The notes under the pieces were generated by a model. The model saw only the letters and a program-made list of their open reading frames with translations, was not told where the DNA came from and made no database searches. 46,259 nt of DNA from positions 1-46,259 of the forward strand of contig JAQGDQ010001338.1 in NCBI GenBank assembly GCA_030141605.1, written 5' to 3'. Position 1 is the stretch's first letter; every line of letters begins with the position of its first letter. The position numbers and the translations under genes were made by a program. Source of the stretch: Tubiluchus corallicola. Lineage: Eukaryota > Animalia > Priapulida. Positions 1-11,780 of the stretch are shown one piece after another.

Positions 1-790
1 TGTTTACTTTACTCTGCTACTTGTTTACTTCACTCCACTACTTGTTTACTTCACTCCACTACTTGTTTACTTCACTCCAATACTCGTTTACTTCACTCCA
101 CTACTTGTTTACTTTACTCCACTACTTGTTTACTTCACTCCACTACTTGTTTACTTTATTCCACTACTTGTTTACTTTACTCCACTACTTGTTTACTTCA
201 CTCCACTACTTGTTTACTTTACCCCACTACTTGTTTACTTCACTCCACTACTTGCTTACTTCACTCCACTACTTGTTTACTTTATTCCACTACTTGTTTA
301 CTTCACTCCACTATTTGTTTACTTCACTCCACTACTCGTTTACTTCACTCCACTACTTGTTTACTTCACTCCACTACTTGTTTACTTCACTCCAATACTC
401 GTTTACTTCACTCCACTACTTGTTTACTTTACTCCACTACTCGTTTACTTCACTCCACTACTTGTTCCACTACTTGTTTACTTCACTCCACTACTTGTTT
501 ACTTCACTCCACTACTTGTTTACTTCACTCCACTACTTGTTTACTTCACTCCACTACTTCACTCCACTACTTGTTTACTTCGCTTCACTACTTGTTTACT
601 TCACTCCACTACTTGTTTACTTCGCTTCACTACTTGTTTACTTCACTCCACTACTTGTTTACACTCCACTACTTGTTTATGTTACTCCACTACTTGTTTA
701 CACTCCACTACTTGTTTACTTTACTCCACTACTTGTTTACTTCGCTCCACTACTTGTTTACACTCCGCTACTTGTTTCCTTCACTCCACT
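1..790. repeat. 21-bp minisatellite (CTTGTTTACTTCACTCCACTA)n with 16-bp deletion variants; runs off window start
   Basis: Direct tandem periodicity; the 273-aa + ORF (FTSLHYL repeats) is its translation. Confidence 0.95.
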
Positions 791-1043
791 AACGACAGTG
801 AATCCAGTTTTTGAAACACTCGAGCACCACGGTATTCTGTAAACAAGAAACTCTTAACACGAAATTACAAAGTAAAACGTGAATAAACGTTTCACTGTAA
901 ATGTGGGATCCACAATAGAACAGCATATTAATTGATCCAGCTGTTTAGTTTACCTGCTTAGGCTGAACTATTCCACAAGTATACGCTGAATTTGCCCAAG
1001 AATAGTCACGTAAGCTAATTTCTCCACTATAAAATATCTTGTA

Positions 1044-1800
1044 ATGAAACTTGAATATATATCACTTGTCTATTTATATGTACAGGATACTACAACTTGT
1101 TTCCCACTTCCTTTGCAAATCCAATTACAGCAAATCCTAAACATTACTTTACAAGGTTCAATGAATATCATGCCCCTTACTGTCGTACTAATAGTGCCAG
1201 GCACTTTATTATATTCACTGCCCCCAACAGCTGGAATAAAATAAGTGCCCAAGTAAAAATACACAAAACTATTTATAGTTTCAAAAAGTACTTCAAAAGG
1301 ACCATTTTTGATTCATACTTATAATACAATTTTAATGGTTCCATGTCTCATGCAGTCGCAATATATGGCCTCCAATCAATTATAATGCTATTTTAATATA
1401 GCTCTATGTAAATTAAACATACACTGTGGTCGTTTCTTCTCCTCTTTTCCTTCTTCCTATCCCTAATCTTACTATTTTTTTCCATTCCATCATGTCTACT
1501 AACCCTAACCATTCTTTCATTCACTCATCCTTCCCTCCCTTCCTTCTTCCTATCCCTAATCTTACTATTTTTTCCATTCCATCATGTCTACTAACCCTAA
1601 CCATTCTTTCATTCACTCATTTCTGCCACCCTAACAAGCCAAGCTTTCAAGGTGTCATACAGCAACTCTTTTATTTGGTTAATTTGACTTCATCAACGTT
1701 TTTTTACCTATACTGTTTCTTTTTGTTTCAATAATATTGTATATTGACGTATTGTATATGTATTGCTGGAGTGAAATAAATTGATTGATTGATTGATTAA
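1044..1800 (+). mobile_element. 5'-truncated CR1/L2-like LINE 3' end
   Basis: C-terminal peptide RTNSARHFIIFTAPNSWNKI...YSFKKYFK resembles CR1/L2 ORF2 ends; the 3'UTR has a ~93-bp tandem duplication and ends AATAAA+(TTGA)n. Confidence 0.7.
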
Positions 1801-2182
1801 ATCTTCAAATTTGTATTAATACAGCACCAATTTTCTTCCAAGAACAGACATTCAACAATACTTTAAATTAGTAACTTTTCTGGCGCGTTTTACAGTGTAC
1901 ATCTTTCGCAGAACGGAGTGGCAGTAATACCGAGTGAATACATACTACGTTGACCAGGCAAAGCGTAACAGTTCAGTCCACGCCAAGACTTAAACCTATA
2001 ATATGCACGAATAACTTTTTCTAAAAGATGGTTTCTTACGATTGGAATGCATCATCCAGTAAACCGCAACAAGTACTGCTCTGGGCCAAAACCAACTTGG
2101 TTTAAATCGCAGCAGTTTTTTGCCACAAGCGTGCAATAATAGCTTAACACTTCACTGCTGCAAATGCAAAAGATGACCAAAC

Positions 2183-2303
2183 CTGCAGTCTTGTTGTTGC
2201 AGAAAGAACTCGGAATTATCCCTTCCGTTCCAGACAGCAATTCACGACCCGAGTAAATTACGTCTCGATCATCGTTTGAGATTTGCGAAGAGACTGTCGC
2301 TTC
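2183..2303 (-). CDS. Candidate downstream exon of the Brinker-DBD gene (EATVSSQISNDDRDVIYSGRELLSGTEGIIPSSFCNNKTA)
   Basis: Strong acceptor (ttgtttgtttcag); only the phase-0 frame is open, matching the phase-0 donor at 3257; GTTTGG donor at 2182; no recognised homology. Confidence 0.35.
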
Positions 2304-2837
2304 CTGAAACAAACAAACATAAAGCAACAAGGACAAACATGAACAGATGCAAATAATAAACCAATACAGTTCTAACAGAGAGTAAAATCAAGCAATTAAA
2401 GGAGAAGAAACCGGAATTTTAAACTATGCACCAAAAACTTGCTACACAAAGTTATATTGCCTGTTTGAAAAAATTCCGTAAGTAGAAAAGAAAATGCTGT
2501 TTTGTTTGTACCACCTGGTAAAATGATACTGCATCACCTTCCCAGTGTGCACCATTGGCTCACAATAAAAAACATATTGAATTTTTGACAAAACAAAATA
2601 ATTTAAACTTTTTCTTACTACGTCTTGCACTGACGAAGTTTATTCCTCACCGTAGGAGCACCACAGTATCTAGAATAGGTGGAGAGAATAGGTTGTGATC
2701 ATCTTAAAGCGGTTTTAGTCTTCGTCAGACGGTTTAAAATTCAACTAATGAACACATACACAATTTTATTCTAAACACTGATACCATTTTAACCTCGAAT
2801 ATTTTTACCCATTGGGAATATACCATTTTTTGAAATA

Positions 2838-3023
2838 CAGTCTAGCCTCGTTATCTCGCCACTGTCCGTCTAGGGCAAATTTTTGGCGAGAGGCGAGTAT
2901 GGCAAGATAACGGGAATATAACAAAGTTAGTCTATATGTATATACATAATAGTTGATTAACATAGTGTGTGTGAGAAGCGAGGGTGGCGACTTAACGAGG
3001 GGTGAGATAACGAGGCTGGACTG
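2838..3023. mobile_element. pogo/Tigger-like MITE
   Basis: 23-bp TIRs CAGTC(T/C)AGCCTCGTTATCTC(G/A)CC, flanked by TA on both sides. Confidence 0.85.
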
Positions 3024-3257
3024 TATTTAGCTTACTAATCTTCTGTCCTCTGTATAAATATTTATTTCATTTGCCTTGTGGTATTATTTAATATTGCTGT
3101 TTAATTTTGTTTACTGTTCTGTGGTACTTGTTATGCCCTGAAATAAACGTGAAATAAAAATAAAATGAATAGAATTTGTTTATGTTGAACATGATCCTAC
3201 GTGTCGGGCACAATAGCTCCCAGCCGTCTTTCAAATGCAGAACAGATAATAACTCAC

Positions 3258-3506
3258 CACATTAGAACTGGTGGTGGCAGCACTGTCGCGCTCCTTTGAA
3301 GACGGGGGAAGACGTTTTCTCCCCTCCTGACCGACAGCCTTCAAGGCCGTCTCCTGTCTGCGCCAGATTTGGACTAGTCGTCTACCAATGTTGAACTGCA
3401 AAGCCGTGGCTGTAGTGCCATGCTGCTTCGCTAAGCTCACAACTTCACACTTAAATGCAAAGTCATAAGAATTCCTTTTTTGCTTACGTTGTGCACAACT
3501 TGCCAT
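3258..3506 (-). CDS. Coding exon for a Brinker-type (pogo-related) HTH DNA-binding domain protein, 83 codons
   Basis: MASCAQRKQKRNSYDFAFKCEVVSLAKQHGTTATALQFNIGRRLVQIWRRQE resembles the BrkDBD pattern (R.SY...FK..VV..A.......A.QF.I....V..WR); acceptor ttttcag ends at 3512, ATG at 3506, GTGAGT donor at 3257. Confidence 0.7.
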
Positions 3507-3859
3507 TTTACCTGAAAACATAGAAATACATTCAACAAACCAAGTAAAAAAACAAAACATCATATTTATCATTCAAGTTAAAGCTGACGAAAACAACTTA
3601 CGAAAAATTGTACATACAAAGAAACATTATTATTGTACTAACAACTTACGAAAAATTGTACATACAAAGAAACATTATTATTGTACGTTAGTACCAACGA
3701 TTATGAATTCGTTATTAATACAATGTGGTACAAGAGCGTCACCTACAGTACTGTTCAGTTAGAGTGCCGTAACATGGATTTAATCGTGTTTATGCATCTG
3801 CATGTCTGACCCTTCCTACACGATAAAATAAACACAGGTGAAGTTATGATCATCAAATG

Positions 3860-4570
3860 TGGCACGTAGACAGATCTGGGAGAGCTGGAAACACATAAGC
3901 TAAAAGGATAGAGATTATAGAGAAAAATACAATTTAAAGTTAGAGCAGAACATTACTAAATCTCCACCTGGTGAGACATCTGAAAACACAAATTTGCAAT
4001 GGGAAAAACTCAAAGTTCACATAAAAAATTCGGCTGCAGAAACACTTGGACATGTGCAATTTAACAATAAAAAGGTTAAAGATGATGAGATAGAAGCTTT
4101 GTCTGCGAATCAAAAAGTTGTGAAAGATAAAATTCACCAATGTAAAAATTTAGCAGAAATTGATGATCTTAAGAAGAAACGCAAGGAAATTCTAAAGCAA
4201 ATTCATGAAAAACTAAAACAAATAGAAGAAAAATGTGACTGGTATCGCAGAATTGAGCAAAGAAAAACTGATTCCTCTAGGCATTTTAAAGTAATATGGA
4301 CTTTGCAGACCTTTCAACCAAAAAAAAAATTAATTGTACAAAGAAATGATGGTCTAATTACTGATGCTGAACAGCAAACTGAAGCCATAGCAGAATTTTT
4401 TCAACGAATTTTTAATGATGAAGATGCACCTGGGGTTAAAAGGACTCACTATCCAATGAAAGTTCCATTTACTAAAGAAGAAGTAAAGCATGCGGCAAAA
4501 TCATTGAAAAACAACAAAAGCCCGGGCGCTGATGAATTAAATGCTGAGTTAGTCAAGTAATATGGTCAGA
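3860..4570 (+). mobile_element. RTE-clade LINE fragment (endonuclease-RT linker), disrupted
   Basis: WEKLK...AETLG and PFTKEEVKHAAKSLKNNKSPGADELNAELVK*YG motifs are typical of the region just before the RT in non-LTR elements. Confidence 0.85.
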
Positions 4571-4899
4571 ATGACAAGCAATTACAAGTTTCAATATGAC
4601 GCACCTTATGCTTCAAAACTCATTTCGTTGAGTTTATTGGAGCATTCTTTTTGACAAAACTATAACAAAAACTTCAGATTTTCCTTTGATTTTTGCTGAA
4701 AGACTTTTTTGTCGAATTGTGACACAAAGATAACTCTACGTGGCGATGCAGAATAACTTATATATTACTAATTGATGTATACAAATACGTATCTGGAGTT
4801 TACAGTTGTGATGATGACTACCTTGTTAAATTACAAGTAAATTGCACAGCAAGCACAGGTCCTGGTCTTCATAAATCAAGAACTGCACGCAACTAGTTG

Positions 4900-5031
4900 T
4901 TGGGAGCCGAGTAACCCATTAGCCCAAGTAGGACAATTGGGCTAGCCCAAGTAGGACGCGTCTTACATGGGCTGCCCAAGTAGGACACCAAAGACAGGTC
5001 GCGAATTGAGTCGTTAAGTGTACTGACACCG
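4900..5031. repeat. Dispersed repeat, probable transposon end; second copy at ~7152-7238
   Basis: Shared TGGGAGCCGAGTAA...ACAGGTCGCGAATTGAGTCGTTAAGTGTACTG(A/G)CACCGC; internal GCCCAAGTAGGAC x3. Confidence 0.7.
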
Positions 5032-6776
5032 CAGATGTTTAACATTTAGAACGGTATATTATTTGCAGTTATACTTTTGTGATTAAAGAAACAATTCTCA
5101 AATTAGGATAATTCGAAACATTTATATTTGTACTTACGCTCTATGCGGTATGGCGGTATTATATGTAATTATTTTGTTGTTGTTATTTCAGCCTGATCAT
5201 TGCTGCAATATCATAAATAAACCACTTTGATTGATTCAGCAAAAACTTCCATAGTTATTTAATGTACGTAAATATAGCTCTACAAAGAAAATCAGGAGAG
5301 GTAAACATGGTCCTAGAAAATTTGGCAACCCCTTCATGAATATGTAAACATGTTTTGGAAAACTTGCCAGTAAATACCAGCCTGTGGATGCTTAATTATA
5401 GTATATGTGGCATTATGCAAGCTGATTGCGCCAGACACATCAGTATAGTTGTGAATAATTGCTGCAAATCATATAGATACATTTCCATTGTTTGTAGATG
5501 TTCGTAACTCCAGGTCCTATTGTTTGTCATGGTGACATTAATGAGTGCACCACTGTGAAACCCGCAAATGCTCCATTCGATTCACGAAGCGAGAGATTTC
5601 CATTTTCAAATGCTCGCGCTTGTCCAGGGTAATGACGAACTAGACTAGTTTGTCTAAATTTAGCATTTTTCTTGTTGTTATTAATAATATTAATTTCATT
5701 GATAAAAACTCTCATGGTAGCTGAGAAACTTTTTTATTTAACCAACATTTCCTTCCGCTTAAAGCATTACTAATGTAAATGACAATTTGTATCTTAAGAA
5801 AAACATGTTTATTTTTAAAATACCACTTGTCATTTATATTAATAATGCTCTACATAGAGAGAAATGTCTGTAAAGTAAGTTAACAATCAGTGTCTGACAG
5901 AGTTGTTTTTACTCAAGTGGACAATTTTACTCAAAATGACAAGGAAATTTTTGATCTTCAAGTTTTTTAACTTTTTGGTTGTTGCAGCTTGATATGCACT
6001 TCTTGTTGCTTGGTCAAATGATGTAAGTGTTTGGCTCTTGTATTCCTAAGTTCTGGAGCTCATGCAGATTTGCTAATCGGACTTTAAGAGTTTATTGCGT
6101 ACCCTGCTGTATACCAGGCAATGAGACTTGTTTCCACAAAGATATCTGTATCAAATAACTATGAAAAATCCTTTAGGAGAAACATCATTTATGTATCGCT
6201 AAACTGGCATTATGCTCGACATTAATTGTTCTTCCATATTTGTCACGTTGAATACATTCATTTGTCAGTTTTCTCATACGCAGATCTTTTGTTCTAAATT
6301 ATGTTTCCTTGTTGCATTGCTAGTGACAGACAAGGCTGTTGTAATGCTGTAACGCACTGTCTTAAGTGCAGTAGCAGTAACAGTTACGAAAATGTGTTGT
6401 CTTCAGTCATGTCATTAATTTTGGCAGCTCACTTCTTTCCTGCCACTACTTTCAATTTTTCTTCCTCAGCTATTGATGCATAAACCCTTTTTACCATCTA
6501 CTGTTTCGTGACCTTTCCCTTGTTCTGTCTGCATGCCGCCGGTTGCTACTTATTACAAATGTGAAATAAAAACTCCATCTTTCGTTGTTATAGAGACTTT
6601 CAAAAAAGCAAATTTCATGTCCAAAAGGATCATAGGAGTGCAACATTCGAGTGACACCTTTTTCTCTGCTGCCGTATGTGCATCAGATGCATATAATCTG
6701 AACAGAGTTCAAGTGTGAGTTTTTTAATATGAGTTTTCTTAGAACGGAGAGAACACTAGTTCGATAGCCTGCTGAT

Positions 6777-7039
6777 CAGGGACGTAGTTTACCTATGCCA
6801 CAACAGACAGTGTCAGCATGTGACAAGAAGATATTATTATAATTCGATTTGGGGCAAATTGATACTTGATTCAATCAGTTAACCTTGACGCATGAATTGC
6901 TTAAATTGCTCATTTTAAAAACACGGGAGGCACGTTGATCAAATAAAGTAATAAGGCAGGTAGTTGTAAAGGTGCCAATTTTGAAGAATGTTCTCAGGGA
7001 GAGGCTGCTCTCCTTTCTCCTTTATTAGCTACGCCCCTC
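6777..7039. mobile_element. hAT-like MITE
   Basis: Imperfect TIRs CAGGGACGTAGTT / AGCTACGCCCCTC with a perfect 8-bp TSD CTGCTGAT (6769-6776, 7040-7047). Confidence 0.8.
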
Positions 7040-7990
7040 CTGCTGATATAACGATGGAATAAATTTGTTGTGCTTGTTGTGGCACTAAATGCGCTGAGCT
7101 TGTATGAGCAAGTGGCATGAATTGGCAACTGGCACGCATAAACCCCATTGATGGGAGCCGAGTAATCCACTAGCCGAAGAAGGACGTGTCGTACATAGAC
7201 AGGTCGCGAATTGAGTCGTTAAGTGTACTGGCACCGCCCGTTGTCCTCGTTTATGTAATAATAATAATTAAAAACGTTAGTACACGTTAAATAATTTATT
7301 ATACATCTGATAAAATAAAAGAATTTTATTCTGAGCTGGTAGAACGGACAATATTACCAATTCAAAAAGTACCAACTCAACTGTCCAGAACAGGTATTGA
7401 TTTTTCTGCATAAGTAAACGAAGTACTCCAACAGGTATGCACAAACTATTTTAAGTGACTGGGGTGAGGAGATGATGAAATGAAAGAACACATACAGCAG
7501 GGCAAGCCAAGCAAGCCATCTACTATCAAAATTAGCAACACGCACCATACAGTTACTTAAAAACGTTTTAGAAAGCAGTGGAAGTGTATTAGTCTGACCT
7601 CTGACATTCAGCCTGACTCTATATCTGCTCTTGTAGAATGTTGTGATTTTAATAAATTTTATTTACTGTCAGTTACAAAGTGATTAGGGATAGTTTCATT
7701 TTGTGTGAACTAATGCTAGAGCCAATTGCTTCTCTTTTCGTGTTGTAGAATTCATATAATAGTGAAACTGTTGATGCATGAAATCTGCCTCAATTTCGCA
7801 AAGAAAGCAGTCGTTGCGAATGCGCGGAACAAGTATACAGGCTGGTGGGTACAGCACATGACGAACAGTCATTGCTCATCGTAGTCATCAAACAAAATAA
7901 CAGACTAATAGTTTTGTGTTTCTGTGAATCCGCTTGTTCCATTTAGTTTGTTCTACCATTGTCAAGAAAAACGATTAAATATTTCCACAC

Positions 7991-8006
7991 ATGTCGAATA
8001 TGGAGA
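7991..8006 (+). CDS. CHMP1B: CHMP1B-like exon 1 (MSNME + A)
   Basis: Splices in phase 1 to 10356 giving MSNMEKHLFNLKFAAKEL, the CHMP1B N-terminus. Confidence 0.92.
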
Positions 8007-9223
8007 GTATCCTTTTCTAATTTTATTAAATGCCAAAGAACATGGCAAATGTATAGCTAGGGTTTATAATTTATAGTGTAGTCGGTAAGTAAATTATAGA
8101 TTGCAGTATAATAATTATATTGTATGTTGTGTAGTAGCCTTGTAGGTAACTGATGTAGTGCTATAATAGTTCGCGTGTTATGTAGCGTATTTTATAACTT
8201 GGGAGTTATGCTTGGAAGAATAGGAAGTTCTGTAAAAGCACAAATAGCTCTCAAGTAGAACAGTTGTACAGAGAGCACTATTTTACAGGATGTAACTAAT
8301 AGTTGAAGAAAAGTTAGATGACAAGGAAGTTAAAATTGTAAGAAAAGACAAGGAAACAGTGAAGATTGTCGCTACGAGTAACTGACATCTTATACCTGTA
8401 GTGTGATCTAATATTAGCTTATAAATTCATCACTTTTTTATTTATTCTTTGTGTTGTTTAGAAACCAAATACATCTAAAAAATCAAGTAAATCTAAATGA
8501 ATTGTTTTTGTCGAAGGCATGTAGAAATCTTTTGAACTGTAAGTACCCGTATTCAGAAAGTTTTATTTATTGCATGAACATATTCGGTTACTCTGCTTTG
8601 CCTCTAGATTGAATGTTGCATCACAAAAATTCTGCTCGCCTAATTATATATTTTGTTCTAGCCTTGTTCTGATTTTTTTGTTTTGCCTTGCGAAGATTTT
8701 TGTTACTGTTGCTTCATATATGTTTTGCTTTAAACTGAATTTTGTTTTTGCTCTTGAGTTTGATTTTGTTGCTTTTGTGTGTTATAATTTTTGCCCCTAG
8801 TTGAATCCTGTTTTGTTTTGCTTATGATAATTTCTTTTGTTTTGAGTTGAACTGCGTTTGTTTTATGAAAATGTCATCACACTGTAAATAAACTTGTACT
8901 TTTAATAAGGGGCAGCTGACCAAGTGACCAATAGGTCTTTCGCCGCTCCTTCTCGGCTACAATGAAATATGAAAATAATTAAGATGAATTTTAAACTGCT
9001 AATGAGAAAATAAATTGAATTGAATTGAATTGACATTACACATAAAGTGATCTCACAAACAGACACTTTTCTTTCCCTTTCTATGTACCCGTTCTATATT
9101 GCAATAGAGCAAAGCTTATTTAGAACAACAACTTAAAGAGCTTTTCAATAACAATGATGACAATGCAGTGAGGTTAGGATGTTGCATCCATTGTGATTCA
9201 CTTTCCTATCAGTAATGCACTAT

Positions 9224-9735
9224 TAGGGATGAGAATTTTCCACGGATACGCGCAATTCCGAGTTTTTGGAAGACCAGTAGTGCCATTTTTGTAAATCGCG
9301 TAAATTTGTTGAGAAAATTTTTATGGACCCAGTACATTATTTCACAAGCTGACCGCTAGTTGGCAGGCCGTCACTTTGTTTACATCACGTACATCAGTGT
9401 AACCACGTGTATATCTCTATGTATAAAAAGATAGAATCAATTATGCGGAGTTATTTGCGTCAATTGCAGACAGTTTTTGTATACTTTTGCATAGGATCAG
9501 CCAGTACTTAGGCGTTTTTGAGACAATTAGGTATCATGTATCCTTGATAGTTTTGTATTTTAAATTATGCGTGAAACAAGGTAATTGATATTTTAAGTCC
9601 ACTTAGAGGCTATGGTCAAAATTGCAGTTTGTTGCTGGCTTCAAGGGGGCGACTGAACCCCCATGGGGGCCTACGCGGCCCACAAACCCCCGGCCTGTTT
9701 CAGAGTTTTTTTGTAATTTGTCATTCTCATCCCTG
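9224..9735 (+). mobile_element. hAT-like MITE family A, copy 1
   Basis: TIR (T/C)AGGGATGAGAAT; 6-bp TSD CACTAT; homologous to three other copies in the window. Confidence 0.9.
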
Positions 9736-9884
9736 CACTATGTTGGTTATATTATAATGTAGGATGTTTTGAACTTCAGCAGTCATTATAGCTTCAGTGG
9801 AATAGTTACTACAATAAAGTACTGATTACGAATTTGAGATATGGTTTTATTAAGTCCTTCACTATCATAGCAAATGTCTTCACC

Positions 9885-10131
9885 AGACGGTTTAGTCTAG
9901 TGGTAATGTGTCTGCTTTCCGTCTGGGAGGTCGTCAGTTCGAACCAGCAGCCGGGTCATACGAAAGACTTTAAAAATGCTGTTGCCCTGCCTGACGCGTG
10001 GTATAAGTGGGGTAATAATAGTCTCTGTTATGTAGTTGTAGGTTGTTATTTACGGTCGGCGATAATAGCTCTTTGAGCTAATGCTAATTGTTGACCCAAT
10101 AGCCGACTTTAAATAAAGGTTATTATTATTA
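9885..10131 (+). mobile_element. tRNA-derived SINE with Meta/MESC-like core
   Basis: A box (TAGTCTAGTGG), B box (GTTCGAACC), GGTCATACGAAAGACTTTAAAAATG core, AATAAA+(TAT)n tail; second copy at 13021-16677. Confidence 0.8.
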
Positions 10132-10355
10132 TACTGTACATTTTATTATGTAATAAATAACATTAAAATTGATTGCTACTATATTCTATAAGAAACAATA
10201 AATTTTAATGTTCTTAATATATTGCAAATGTTGGTGAAGCAAAGATAGAGTGCAGACTTGTAAAAAACCACCCCTGCTTTTATATATATATATATATATA
10301 ATGTTTGTTTGAACCCATGTGAGTTTGTTAACTTTTCTTTAACCTCGACCAACAG

Positions 10356-10453
10356 AACATCTATTTAACCTCAAATTTGCTGCAAAGGAACTTGAAAGAA
10401 GTGCGAAAAAATGCGAAAAAGAAGAAAAAGCCGAAAAACTGAAGCTCAAAAAG
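10356..10453 (+). CDS. CHMP1B: CHMP1B-like exon 2
   Basis: HLFNLKFAAKELERSAKKCEKEEKAEKLKLKK; AG/GT boundaries. Confidence 0.97.
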
Positions 10454-10594
10454 GTTTGTAATATTTAATAATTCTGTATCGGTAAGTTTGCTTTAAGGGT
10501 AACTGTCCTCTTGCCACGTCCCATGAATATACGTACATTAAAATGAAACGTCGCCAAGCGGGGAGTCTTTAAGTGAGGACGTATTGTACTTCAC

Positions 10595-11148
10595 AACTAC
10601 AGCCATATCACGTTAAAAACACCGGTTCTCGTCTGATCACCAAAGTTAAGCAATGTAGAGCCTGGTTAGTACTTGGATGTGTGACCGCCTAAGAATACGA
10701 GGTGCTGTAGGCTTGCGAGATGCCCACACTGTATCTCGACACTAGGTGGAGGAGCTGCACAAGCAGCCAACAGCTAGAGGGCGGAGGAGGTCAATTGACC
10801 CAACAGCCATGTGTAGAGGAGTAAACCTTCCAAATCAGGAGTGGAGCCCCGAAGGCGGATCAGTGCAGCATGTTCACTGACTCTGGCAGCTCCTGCAGCC
10901 AACCTGGTGCCAAACGTATCGCTCCACTTTCCTTTGGACTACACCAGGGAGGAAGAGAGGGGGTTCCTGTTGTCTGGGCAACTCAGGATCTCCATACACC
11001 TTGCCCAGGCGTGCGCCCTGGAGACGTTCAAGGATCGCACTGCTCAGCCACAGTCGACACTGCAGCTCCATCAATGTGATCAATAACTGACTCTCTTGGC
11101 GCACACTCCATTGTCTTCCGAGACAGAAGGATGCCAACAATAACAACA
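10595..11148 (+). mobile_element. 5S rRNA-derived SINE (SINE3) with Deu/Nin-like core, copy 1
   Basis: ~120-nt 5S-like head with no oligo-T terminator; GGCAGCTCCTGCAGCC...GGTGCCAAA...TTTCCTTTGGA...TGCCCAGGC.TGCGCCCTGGAGA core; LINE-like tail ending (CAA)n. Confidence 0.9.
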
Positions 11149-11335
11149 TATTTAATAAGCAGGCTACGCAACTTCTTGTCGTGTAATACTTTGCACTTGT
11201 TTGTTATGAGCCTATTAGTTAATGCTCCCCTGCCGATTTAGAGTTACCATGTATAGCCTGACCGGATAACCACGACCAGCATTTTTCTCTTTTTTTCTTA
11301 TTGTGTACTATCAAATATTTCTTTATTGTGTGCAG

Positions 11336-11482
11336 AGCATTCAGAAAAGCGATATGGAAAGTGCAAAAATTCACGCAGAGAATGCTATCAGACAGAAAAA
11401 TCAAGCGCTCAACTATAGACGCATGAGCTCAAGAATAGATGCTGTATCGGCCAGGGTACAGACGGCTTGTACAATGAAGAAG
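11336..11482 (+). CDS. CHMP1B: CHMP1B-like exon 3
   Basis: SIQKSDMESAKIHAENAIRQKNQALNYRRMSSRIDAVSARVQTACTMKK (Snf7 domain); phase 0/0. Confidence 0.98.
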
Positions 11483-11554
11483 GTATGTGTCTCTCCAACC
11501 CGTGTCTTTTTCATTCGTGTTCTTCTCCGCAGTCTTTCATGTGTTGCGTGTTTT

Positions 11555-11640
11555 AGTTTATTTTAAACATAATTTATTATAGGATTGGATCAGACAGTTT
11601 GAACAACATGATTTAGGATCCTCATCACATCAGACTACTA

Positions 11641-11696
<56 letters not shown>

Positions 11697-11700
11697 CTCC

Positions 11701-11780
<80 letters not shown>

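Larger units (their letters stand above)
8007..10355 (+). other. U12-type (minor spliceosome) GT-AG intron
   Basis: 5' site GTATCCTTTT; branch-point-like TTTTCTTTAAC at 10333-10343, close to the AG; no pyrimidine tract between them. Confidence 0.9.

Noticed and set aside
21-842. 273-aa ORF
   Set aside because: Translation of a 21-bp minisatellite
5900-6720. Coding-like minus-strand stretch, possible decayed transposase
   Set aside because: Stops in all frames and no family motif I can identify confidently; needs a frameshift-aware search
7354-7548. 64-aa hydrophobic minus ORF
   Set aside because: No recognisable homology; may be UTR exon sequence
10595-10714. 5S rRNA genes (also 39418-39535)
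   Set aside because: No oligo-T terminator, diverged, fused to a SINE body with tail and TSD
10841-11086. 81-aa ORF conserved in two copies (also 39663-39908)
   Set aside because: GTG start, inside a GC-rich SINE body; similarity reflects recent copying
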